This document shows, one piece after another, positions 9,013 through 16,719 of a stretch of DNA of 64,000 nucleotides (positions are counted from its first letter, which is position 1; the number at the start of each line of letters is the position of its first letter). The position numbers were made by a program, and so were the translations under genes. Below the pieces are notes generated by a model that saw nothing but the letters and a program-made list of their open reading frames with translations, was not told where the DNA came from and ran no database searches. Source of the DNA: an uncultured Candidatus Saccharibacteria bacterium (GTDB lineage: Bacteria; Patescibacteriota; Minisyncoccia; UBA6257; UBA9933); assembly GCA_964428615.1 (NCBI GenBank), contig CAYRXZ010000002.1:968-64967 (forward strand). The letters run 5' to 3'.

Positions 9013-10371
9013 TTAATTTTTATAAATATTATCTTTAATTAAAACAATTCTTTGTCCGAGATTTTGATTTTTATTTATTTCTCGAGATATTTTCTCACAC
9101 GCGTATATAGCGGTTGTATGGTCCCTTTTCCCTAATTTATCCCCAATATCATTATAAGACATATTTATTAATTCTCTTAATAAAAAAGCGGCAATTTGTC
9201 TTGGTTCAACAACACTTTTTTTCCTCGACCTATTTATTAAATCAGTTATTGTTATTTCATAAAAATCAGCTACAGCTTTGATAATTTGATTTCCGGTAAT
9301 ATTTTTTGCCGATTGTTGGATTATATTATTTATTATTTCTTCAACGGTTTTTGTGTCTAAATCAATATTTTTTACTTCTTGATAAAATAATATTTTATTA
9401 AGAATACCTTCTAATTCTCTTATATTTCTTTGAATTTTTGTAGAAATAAGAGAACAAACCTCATCTTTAAGTGAAACATTTTTTTCTTGGAGTTTATTTT
9501 TAATAATAGCAAGGCGCATTTCATAATCTGGATAAGTAATATCAACAATCATCCCGCCCTCAAACCGTGATCTAAGGCGCGCTTCAAGTGTTGGGATGGC
9601 CGCTGGGGGCCTATCAGAAGAAAGAATAATTTGTTTATTATTTTCATAAAGAACATTAAATGTATGAAAAAATTCTTCTTCACTTCTTTCTTTTCCACCA
9701 ATAAATTGTATATCATCTATTATTAAAACATCAATATTACGATATTTTTCTTTAATATCATCCATTCTTTTATTTCTTATTGCCCAAACAACATCGTTAA
9801 CAAATTTTTCCGACGGGACATATTTAATTTTAATTTTATTTTTATATTTTTCTTTAATTTCATTACCCATTGCTTGAATAAGATGAGTTTTGCCAAGTCC
9901 GGTCCCACCATAAATAAAAAATGGATTATATTTTTTCCCAACATTTTTAATTATCGCCGTTGTAGCGGCGTAAGCGAGTTCATTAGAAGAACCAACAACA
10001 AAGGAACTCATTGTATATCGTGGGTGAAGATTGGTTTCTAGATCTATTTTAAATTCCGGTAATGATTCTTGGTGAGGAAAATATTTTTTTTCTTCAATTT
10101 TAATTTCAACCCGTCCCTTATTTTCAAAAACAACAATATATTCAACCTTTTTAATAGTGTCGTCAAATTCTCTAAGCGCCTCCAATATTATTTTATTATA
10201 TTTATTTTCAACCCACTCTTTTGCAAAATTATTATTAAAACCAATAATAACCCTCCCATCATCCTCTTTTTTAATAAGACGACTATTTTTAAGCCATGTA
10301 AGAAAATTTGGTCTGGAAATTTGGAGTTCCAATTCAGCTAAAACAGATTGCCATGTTTTATTAAGATCCAT
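9013..10371 (-). CDS. dnaA: Chromosomal replication initiator DnaA
   Basis: AAA+ Walker A GGTGLGKTHLIQAMGNE, Walker B LIIDDIQF, sensor motifs, C-terminal DnaA-box-binding helix-turn-helix (..YNDIGDKLGKRDHTTAIYA..). Confidence 0.95.
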   Translation of the reverse strand: MDLNKTWQSVLAELELQISRPNFLTWLKNSRLIKKEDDGRVIIGFNNNFAKEWVENKYNKIILEALREFDDTIKKVEYIVVFENKGRVEIKIEEKKYFPHQESLPEFKIDLETNLHPRYTMSSFVVGSSNELAYAATTAIIKNVGKKYNPFFIYGGTGLGKTHLIQAMGNEIKEKYKNKIKIKYVPSEKFVNDVVWAIRNKRMDDIKEKYRNIDVLIIDDIQFIGGKERSEEEFFHTFNVLYENNKQIILSSDRPPAAIPTLEARLRSRFEGGMIVDITYPDYEMRLAIIKNKLQEKNVSLKDEVCSLISTKIQRNIRELEGILNKILFYQEVKNIDLDTKTVEEIINNIIQQSAKNITGNQIIKAVADFYEITITDLINRSRKKSVVEPRQIAAFLLRELINMSYNDIGDKLGKRDHTTAIYACEKISREINKNQNLGQRIVLIKDNIYKN

Positions 10372-10516
10372 AAATTTTTATTCTAAATTATTTCCTAATC
10401 TTATTTAAATCTAAAACTAAGTCAAATACCTCTAATGTTTCTAACATGTTAATTAATTGTGGAAAACTTTTAATAGATAATTTGATTTTTAAGTTTTTAT
10501 GTTTTATATTTAATCT
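10372..10516. promoter_or_regulatory. rpmH-dnaA divergent intergenic region with DnaA-box-like TTGTGGAAAA; candidate oriC / dnaA autoregulatory region
   Basis: AT-rich. TGTGGAAAA is one mismatch from the TGTGGATAA consensus. Classic rpmH-dnaA origin synteny. Confidence 0.4.
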
Positions 10517-10654
10517 ATGCCAAAAAGAACATATCAACCCAAAAAAAGAAAAAGGGCGAGGACTCACGGGTTTATAAAAAGAAACAGAACGGCGTCAGGA
10601 AGGAAGGTTATAAAAAGAAGAATTCAAAAGGGCAGAAAGAGAATTGCTCTTTAA
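10517..10654 (+). CDS. rpmH: 50S ribosomal protein L34
   Basis: Manual translation: [45 protein letters not shown]. Canonical L34 motifs (KRTYQP..KR.R.HGF..R...GRKV...RR.KGRK.L). Immediately upstream of rnpA. Missing from the ORF track because it is 45 aa. Confidence 0.9.
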   Translation: MPKRTYQPKKRKRARTHGFIKRNRTASGRKVIKRRIQKGRKRIAL

Positions 10655-10660
10655 AGTGTA

Positions 10661-10999
10661 ATGCTAAAAAAATTTTTTCGTCTTCCGATTCAAAATTGGA
10701 TGAAAGATAAAAAAATCAAAACGATTACCATTAAAGGTGATTTTTTTGTAGTAAAAATAAGAGACAATAATAAAGATTTCAGCCGATTTGGAGTTATAAT
10801 AAGCGCGAAAGTTTTTAAAAGAGCGGTAAGGCGCAACAAGCTTAAAAGAAAAATTTTTGAATTAATTCGCACAACCAAATTGATTGAAAAATTTTCCGGT
10901 AAAGATATTCTATTAAGTGTTTCACCACAAGCCGCTGAAGCGCAAGAGAGAATTATTATTCAGTCATTATTATTGGTTTTAAATAAAATTATAAAATGA
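10661..10999 (+). CDS. rnpA: Ribonuclease P protein component
   Basis: 112 aa, basic. rpmH-rnpA-yidC-jag synteny. RNR-like motif region (KRAVRRNKLKRKIFE). Confidence 0.8.
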   Translation: MLKKFFRLPIQNWMKDKKIKTITIKGDFFVVKIRDNNKDFSRFGVIISAKVFKRAVRRNKLKRKIFELIRTTKLIEKFSGKDILLSVSPQAAEAQERIIIQSLLLVLNKIIK

Positions 11000-11685
11000 T
11001 AAACCTTTTTAATAAATTTCTTTACGATCCACTTTTAAAGTCATTAGTTTTTTTATACCAGAAATTTTCTTTTCACGATTTAGGAATTGCGATTATTATT
11101 TTAACAATAATAATTAGGTTTATTTTATTTCCATTATTTTATAAAGGCGCCAAAGATCAAGCGATTATGCAACGCCTTTCACCTAAAATAAAAGAAATCC
11201 AAAAAAATCATAAAGATGATAAAGAGAAACAAACTCGGGCGCTTTTGGATTTATATAAAGAACACAAAGTAAATCCATTTTCTGGATTTTTATTACTTCT
11301 TGTCCAGTTGCCAATTTTAATCGCGCTTTATAAGGTTTTTTTAAACGGCCTTTCAGTAATTACACTAAACGGTCCGATAAATAATTTATTTTTAGGAATT
11401 ATAGATTTAAACCAAAGAAATATAGTACTTGTTGTTGTGGCGGCGGCTGTGCAGTATTATCAAGGGAAGTTGGCGCTGCCTAAAATAAATAAGCCATCAA
11501 ATGAGCTTGATATTGCCGAAAAGATGGGCAGGCAAATGGTTTTTATGGGACCGGTTTTAACTTTTGTATTTTTATATTTTTTTAATCTTCCGTCAGCTGT
11601 TGCGCTTTATTGGTTGACAACATCCATTTTTTCAGTTATTCAACAGATAATAATCAATAAAAGAATTAAAACGATGAATATATAA
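10996..11685 (+). CDS. yidC: Membrane protein insertase YidC (short Oxa1/YidC2-type)
   Basis: Multi-pass TM protein, 229 aa. Conserved synteny after rnpA. ATGA overlap with rnpA. Confidence 0.78.
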   Translation: MINLFNKFLYDPLLKSLVFLYQKFSFHDLGIAIIILTIIIRFILFPLFYKGAKDQAIMQRLSPKIKEIQKNHKDDKEKQTRALLDLYKEHKVNPFSGFLLLLVQLPILIALYKVFLNGLSVITLNGPINNLFLGIIDLNQRNIVLVVVAAAVQYYQGKLALPKINKPSNELDIAEKMGRQMVFMGPVLTFVFLYFFNLPSAVALYWLTTSIFSVIQQIIINKRIKTMNI

Positions 11686-11686
11686 A

Positions 11687-12154
11687 ATGGAAAAAAAGAA
11701 GGAATTGGAAATTTTAAAAAAGGCGATAGAGATGATGGGATTTGATGATTTTTCTGTAAATTATGACTCTGAAAACGGGCGGTTTTCTGTTTTTGTGAAT
11801 GAGGGAGAATATTTTAAAAAATTAATTCCAAATTTTGTTTCGGGGATAAATTGTGTTTTCAGATTAATCTCCGATAAGGATAGAAAAGAGGGAGACGAAT
11901 ACAACACAACATTTATAGATGTAAATAATTATCGCAAAGAACGTGATAATATAATTTTAGAACTTGCTAGGGCGGCTGCCAGAAAATCAGCGACTACAAA
12001 CGAAGAAGTTTCTTTGCCGGCGATGAATGGCTATGAGCGTCGGTTGATTCATATGGAACTTTCTTCAAGACCAGATGTTTTAACTGAGAGTGTGGGAGAG
12101 GGAAAAGAAAGATATATAATTATTAAACCGGCGACGGGCGATAAGAGCGAATAG
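11687..12154 (+). CDS. jag: Jag/KhpB RNA-binding protein (KH plus R3H domains)
   Basis: C-terminal R3H motif (MNGYERRLIHMELS..VLTESVGEG..R). Synteny after yidC. Confidence 0.75.
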   Translation: MEKKKELEILKKAIEMMGFDDFSVNYDSENGRFSVFVNEGEYFKKLIPNFVSGINCVFRLISDKDRKEGDEYNTTFIDVNNYRKERDNIILELARAAARKSATTNEEVSLPAMNGYERRLIHMELSSRPDVLTESVGEGKERYIIIKPATGDKSE

Positions 12155-12164
12155 GAAAAATTCT

Positions 12165-13052
12165 TTAAAAACCCAAATTGCCGTTTTCAGAAATTCTTTT
12201 TATTAAACTTTTAAACTTGAATTTTTCGAAGTAAATTAACACGCTTTCTTTTGGCAAAACACTAAATTTTATCTCCTCGATATTTTCTATTTCGAGTGGC
12301 GCTTCATAATTTATTGTGGCCAAATTCTTTGAGAGAATCGCCTGGTCTTTTTGTTTGTAAATTTTTTGATAAGTTTTTTCTTCTTGCCCTTTCTCTAGAA
12401 AGTTTTCTAAGGTGCCATATTTTTTAATTAGCGGCATAGCGGTTTTTGGGCCGATGCCTTGTACGCCAGGGATATTATCAGAAGCATCACCTACAAGGCC
12501 TTTGTAGTCGGGAATTTGATTAGGATTTAAGCCCTCATATTTTTCTCTAACCTCCTCACTCCCATAAATTTTCATTTCACTTATGCCTTTTTGCGGGGTT
12601 TCAACAACTATTTTTTGGTCTTCAACTACTTGGAGAATATCAGAATCACTTGTTAATATTTTTACTTTTATGCCATTGGTGAGTTTTAATTGTTTAGCTC
12701 CCACACCTATTAAATCGTCAGCTTCATATCCCGGCGCTTCATAAGTTTTTATCCCAAAAGCTGTAAATAGATTATGCGCTTCAATAATTTGTGAAATTAA
12801 TTCATCAGGGGCCTTGGGTCTGTGAATTTTATAATCATCAAAAAGTTCTTTTCTTAATGTTGGCTCCGGCCTATCAAAAAAAGCGGCGATATAATCGGGT
12901 TTTTGCTCACGCAAAACTTTAAGTATTATATTTGAAATACCATAAAGCGCGCCCGTTGGAATTCCTCCCGGTCCGGTAAAGGGCGGCAGGGCATGAAAGC
13001 ACCGGTGAATTAAAGAATTGGCGTCGATTAAAATTGCGAGTTTTTGTTCCAT
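12165..13052 (-). CDS. 5'-3' exonuclease / flap endonuclease (PolI N-terminal-domain-like)
   Basis: MEQKLAILIDANSLIHRCFHALPP.., acidic metal-binding clusters, helix-3-turn-helix region (GDASDNIPGVQGIGPKTA). Confidence 0.85.
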   Translation of the reverse strand: MEQKLAILIDANSLIHRCFHALPPFTGPGGIPTGALYGISNIILKVLREQKPDYIAAFFDRPEPTLRKELFDDYKIHRPKAPDELISQIIEAHNLFTAFGIKTYEAPGYEADDLIGVGAKQLKLTNGIKVKILTSDSDILQVVEDQKIVVETPQKGISEMKIYGSEEVREKYEGLNPNQIPDYKGLVGDASDNIPGVQGIGPKTAMPLIKKYGTLENFLEKGQEEKTYQKIYKQKDQAILSKNLATINYEAPLEIENIEEIKFSVLPKESVLIYFEKFKFKSLIKRISENGNLGF

Positions 13053-13255
13053 TTTTAGTAATTAAGTAGTAATTAGATAGTAATTAAGTAATTAATTAAG
13101 ATAAATTTTAATTATCAAATTACTCAATTACCTAATTATAAATATTTTATATTCACCACATTATAAATTATTTGCGAAGATTTATCCAATAGCTAAGCTT
13201 CAATAAAATTCAATGAAATTGACAAAATCTTCTAAAAAACATATCTTAAATTCAA

Positions 13256-13738
13256 ATGGATATGTGTTTCAATAATTCAACTGGAATGAAATTAAGCGTT
13301 TCCGATGTGGCGAAGGCCGTTGTTAAATTTATGACAGAAGACGATAGTCGCCGGTATAAAATTTTTATCGGCAGCGATTCCGAGGGCCATGCCGGCGAAA
13401 ATACTGATTTTGTGACGGCGGTCGTGGTTCACAGAGTCGGCAACGGCGGAAGATTTTTTTGGAGAAGAACGGAGTTTAAAAGATTTCATAATTTACATGA
13501 CAGGATAATTCAAGAAGTTTTATTATCAATTGACGCGGCGAAAGAAATTTTAGAAAGTTTGAAAAAAATAAAAGACGTACCGGATTTTGATTTTGAAATT
13601 CACATTGACGTTGGCGAAAAAGGCGAAACAAAAATAATGACCCAAGAAGTTATTGGAATGGTGAGGGCATACAATTTCGAGCCCCGCATAAAGCCGGAAA
13701 GTTGTGCTGCTACAAATGTGGCGGATCGTTATGTTTAG
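13256..13738 (+). CDS. YkuK/DUF458-family RNase-H-fold protein (putative)
   Basis: The KIFIGSDSEGHAGENTDFVTAVVVHRVGNGGRFF pattern resembles the DUF458 family. Recall-based assignment. The true start may be the internal Met (MKLSV..). Confidence 0.45.
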   Translation: MDMCFNNSTGMKLSVSDVAKAVVKFMTEDDSRRYKIFIGSDSEGHAGENTDFVTAVVVHRVGNGGRFFWRRTEFKRFHNLHDRIIQEVLLSIDAAKEILESLKKIKDVPDFDFEIHIDVGEKGETKIMTQEVIGMVRAYNFEPRIKPESCAATNVADRYV

Positions 13739-13778
13739 AGGTTAAAAATTGGTAATTGGAAATTGAAAATTTAGTTAT

Positions 13779-13853
13779 GCTCCTATCGTCTAGTCTGGTC
13801 TAGGACGCCAGGTTTTCATCCTGGTAACTCGGGTTCGAATCCCGATGGGAGCG
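13779..13853 (+). tRNA. tRNA-Glu (anticodon TTC)
   Basis: Manual cloverleaf: acceptor GCTCCTA/TGGGAGC, anticodon stem CCAGG/CCTGG with loop TTTTCAT, T-arm TCGGG-TTCGAAT-CCCGA. CCA is not encoded. Confidence 0.85.
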
Positions 13854-13915
13854 CCGAAGGTGGTATTTAGTATTTACAATTTAAGATACTTCTTATTTGT
13901 GGTGGGGGTTTTTTT

Positions 13916-13949
13916 GCTTAAAGTAAACGCTATAGCGTTTACTTTAAGC
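13916..13949. repeat. Perfect 15-bp-stem palindrome gcttaaagtaaacgc-TATA-gcgtttactttaagc, same CGCTATAGCG centre as the palindrome at 58-95
   Basis: Read directly from the sequence. Preceded by G5T7 (ggtgggggttttttt). Lies between tRNA-Glu and the Mrr-like gene. Confidence 0.5.
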
Positions 13950-14107
13950 AAGGTTTTAAGGAATAAGATAAAGAATAAGTTTACGATAAAAATGATGTTT
14001 TAAATGGTTTGTAGATTATGGTAAAATGGGGTTATGGCGAAAGTTAATGTTTTATTATCCGGCTATACAAATACGGATTCAAAAAAAATTTTAAAACTCG
14101 CGGATTT

Positions 14108-14150
14108 TGTTGTTCCTGGGCATGCGGGGATGTATAAAATTGAGAAATAA
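14108..14150 (+). repeat. 43-bp direct repeat, copy 1 (tgttgttcctGggcatgcggggatgtataaaattgagaaataa); contains promoter-like TTGTTC-17-TATAAA and the 3' end of a 38-aa ORF (14034-14150, MAKVNVLLSGYTNTDSKKILKLADFVVPGHAGMYKIEK)
   Basis: Exact comparison with 14999-15041: 42 of 43 positions identical. Confidence 0.8.
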
Positions 14151-14164
14151 ATTATAATTTTACT

Positions 14165-14995
14165 ATGGCAAGACGAAGATACTACAGAAGAAGAGACGAT
14201 GATTTAGAGCGGGCGCTGGCAGGAATTACCGTTTTTGGGCTAATAGGTCTGTTTTGGTATTTTTATAACAACCCACAAAAATCAATTGCTATATTATTAG
14301 GAGTTGCTGTAATTATCCTAGTTATTTTATTTTTGATAAAACAGTGGCGTAAAAAGCATTTTAATGATTTACTGGGTAAATTAAAAAATTCTGGGCAAGA
14401 AGATAATTTTAAAAACTTTATAAATAGATTTGGTTTAGAAGGTAGGAAGGGAGATGGATATTCTTTTAGAAATCATAAATTTGAGTGGGATAGAATTGAC
14501 GATTTAAAAAAGATATTAAAAGAAAAAGGGATAACTTCAAATAAGAAGGATGTTTTTACTCTGCTTCGATTTTATATTCAAGAAAATGAAGAAAACCTAA
14601 CAAGAGAAAGTATTAAAAAGGAGCCGCAAAAATTTTCTGTTTTATCGGGTACAGAATTTGAAAAGTTATTATATCGTCTTTTTGAAGCGATGGGGTACAA
14701 AACAGAATGGATAGGTAGGTCTGGAGATCAGGGTGGAGATTTAATTGCGAATAAAAACGGAGAAAGAACTTTAGTGCAGGCGAAATGTTATCGAGATTGG
14801 TCTACGGGAAATGCTGCTGTTCAGCAAGTTGTTGGCGCAATGAGATATTATGATTGTAATAATGCGATGGTGGTTACAACTTCTCATTTTACAAACGAGG
14901 CTATTTTATTGGCCAAGGCTAATAAAACAGAGCTTATCTCTAAAGAACGATTACAAGAATTGCTTTTACAGTTTTTGAGCGAAAGTTGGGCTTAA
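14165..14995 (+). CDS. Membrane-anchored restriction-endonuclease-fold protein (two N-terminal TM helices plus C-terminal Mrr_cat / PD-(D/E)xK domain)
   Basis: C-terminal FEKLLYRLFEAMGY..GRSGDQGGDLIA..ERTLVQAKCY..VVTTSHFTNEA matches the Mrr-type restriction endonuclease catalytic domain (Mrr_cat). TM segments ITVFGLIGLFWYF and ILLGVAVIILVILFLI. Confidence 0.7.
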   Translation: MARRRYYRRRDDDLERALAGITVFGLIGLFWYFYNNPQKSIAILLGVAVIILVILFLIKQWRKKHFNDLLGKLKNSGQEDNFKNFINRFGLEGRKGDGYSFRNHKFEWDRIDDLKKILKEKGITSNKKDVFTLLRFYIQENEENLTRESIKKEPQKFSVLSGTEFEKLLYRLFEAMGYKTEWIGRSGDQGGDLIANKNGERTLVQAKCYRDWSTGNAAVQQVVGAMRYYDCNNAMVVTTSHFTNEAILLAKANKTELISKERLQELLLQFLSESWA

Positions 14996-14998
14996 AAA

Positions 14999-15041
14999 TG
15001 TTGTTCCTAGGCATGCGGGGATGTATAAAATTGAGAAATAA
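14999..15041 (+). repeat. 43-bp direct repeat, copy 2 (tgttgttcctAggcatgcggggatgtataaaattgagaaataa), 3 nt after the Mrr-like stop and 133 nt upstream of lysS
   Basis: One mismatch to copy 1. Carries the same promoter-like hexamers. Confidence 0.8.
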
Positions 15042-15174
15042 TAGGAAATAAGTGCTGCGAATAAAAAACTTTAATTTAATCACAATTGAGCGCAATAACA
15101 CCTTAGCGCTATATTAAAACGCATTTGGTTGTTAGGTGAGTACGTTTTTTATTTTTGTGATATAATTATTTCAA

Positions 15175-16626
15175 ATGAGCGAGGAAATTAAAATAAAACT
15201 TGAAAAGCTTGAGAATTTGAAGAAGGCGGGAATGGACCTGTATCCTGAGAAAACCGATAGAACGATTTCTAATGCCGAGGCGCTGGAGAAATTTGAAGCC
15301 TTAAAAGAATCACAAAAAGAGGTTGTTTTAGCCGGTAGGCTTAAATCTTTTCGTTTGATGGGTGGAGCGGCCTTTGGACACATTGAAGATGGTTCGGCGA
15401 AAATGCAGATTTTTTTGCGGAAAGAAAATTTAACAGAAGGGAAATATGAACTTTTCGTGAATAATATTGAGATGGGCGATTTTGTAGAAGCGAAAGGAAT
15501 TCTTTTTTTGACGAAGAAAGAAGAAAAAACTTTAGAAGTCCGCGATTGGAAAATTCTTTCAAAAAACATCCGCCCGATTCCGACGGAATATTTTGGCTTG
15601 AAAGACGAAGAAGAAATTTTACGGAAAAGATATTTGGATTTGGCGCTTAACCCGGACAGCCGCGATTTATTCAAAAAGAAAAACGTTTTTTGGCAGACAA
15701 TAAGGAATTATTTGGCGGGTGCCGGATTTTTAGAAGTGCAGACTCCGGTGCTTGAGCACATTCCGGGCGGAGCAGATGCCGAACCGTTTATCACTCATCA
15801 CAACGCTTTAGACCAGGATTTTTACCTCCGCATTTCCTTGGAGCTTTCACTTAAACGGCTTTTAGTGGGAGGATTTGAAAAAGTTTTTGAAATCGGCAGG
15901 GTTTTTAGGAACGAGGGAATGGATAGAGAACACCTTCAGGAATTTGAGTATACGGAATTTTATTGGGCGTATTCGGATATGAAAAAGGGAATGGAATTCG
16001 TGGAAAAATTTTTTAAGGAAATTGTTTTGAAGGTTGTCGGAAAATACGAAACAGAATACGAAGGAAAAAAAATAAATTGGGATATTGATTTTCCTTGCGT
16101 GGATTATTTTGAAGAATTTAAAAAAGAAGCGGGTATTGATTTAAATAAAGAAATTAAAATTTCGGAATTGAAAAAAAAATTGGATGAATTGGGAGTGAAA
16201 TATGAAAAAAGTTGGGGCAAGGGCAGATTAATAGATGCGATTTATAAAAGAACAGTGCGGCAAAAACTTATTCAACCGTGCTTTTTAACCGGGCACCCAA
16301 TTGAGATTTCACCACTGGCGAAAGCTGACCCGGAAAATCCGAAAAAAGTTTTACGTTTCCAATTGGTTGCCGGAAAGTCCGAGCTTGGCAACGGGTTCGC
16401 GGAACTTAACGACCCGATAGACCAGAAAAACAGGTTTATGGAGCAGATGAAAGCACGCGAAGCCGGGGATAAAGAAGCGCAAATGATGGATGAAGATTTT
16501 GTGGAGGCGCTTGAATATGGAATGCCGCCGGCGCTTGGCTTTGGAATGAGCGAAAGATTTTTTGCTTTTATAATGAATAAATCAGTGAGAGAAACGACAA
16601 TTTTTCCGCCGGTGAGGAATAAATAA
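15175..16626 (+). CDS. lysS: Lysyl-tRNA synthetase, class II
   Basis: N-terminal OB anticodon-binding domain. Class II motifs (..FRNEG.., GGADAEPF, ..GFGMSERF..). 483 aa. Confidence 0.93.
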   Translation: MSEEIKIKLEKLENLKKAGMDLYPEKTDRTISNAEALEKFEALKESQKEVVLAGRLKSFRLMGGAAFGHIEDGSAKMQIFLRKENLTEGKYELFVNNIEMGDFVEAKGILFLTKKEEKTLEVRDWKILSKNIRPIPTEYFGLKDEEEILRKRYLDLALNPDSRDLFKKKNVFWQTIRNYLAGAGFLEVQTPVLEHIPGGADAEPFITHHNALDQDFYLRISLELSLKRLLVGGFEKVFEIGRVFRNEGMDREHLQEFEYTEFYWAYSDMKKGMEFVEKFFKEIVLKVVGKYETEYEGKKINWDIDFPCVDYFEEFKKEAGIDLNKEIKISELKKKLDELGVKYEKSWGKGRLIDAIYKRTVRQKLIQPCFLTGHPIEISPLAKADPENPKKVLRFQLVAGKSELGNGFAELNDPIDQKNRFMEQMKAREAGDKEAQMMDEDFVEALEYGMPPALGFGMSERFFAFIMNKSVRETTIFPPVRNK

Positions 16627-16642
16627 AATTTATAATTTCAAA

Positions 16643-16666
16643 CAGCCGCGAGAGCGACTGTTTTTT
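16643..16666 (+). terminator. Intrinsic terminator after lysS (cagccgc-gaga-gcgactg + TTTTTT)
   Basis: Short GC stem with one mismatch followed by a T6 tract. Confidence 0.45.
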
Positions 16667-16719
16667 ATTAGTGTAATAAATCTATTGTTTCTATTGGTTG
16701 TACTATATATAGTATATTT

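Noticed and set aside
15042-15174. Possible T-box or leader riboswitch in the 133-nt lysS 5' region
   Set aside because: No T-box consensus (AATTAGGGTGGNACCGCG-like) or specifier-loop architecture could be found by eye. The region is more simply explained as a duplicated promoter plus an untranslated leader.
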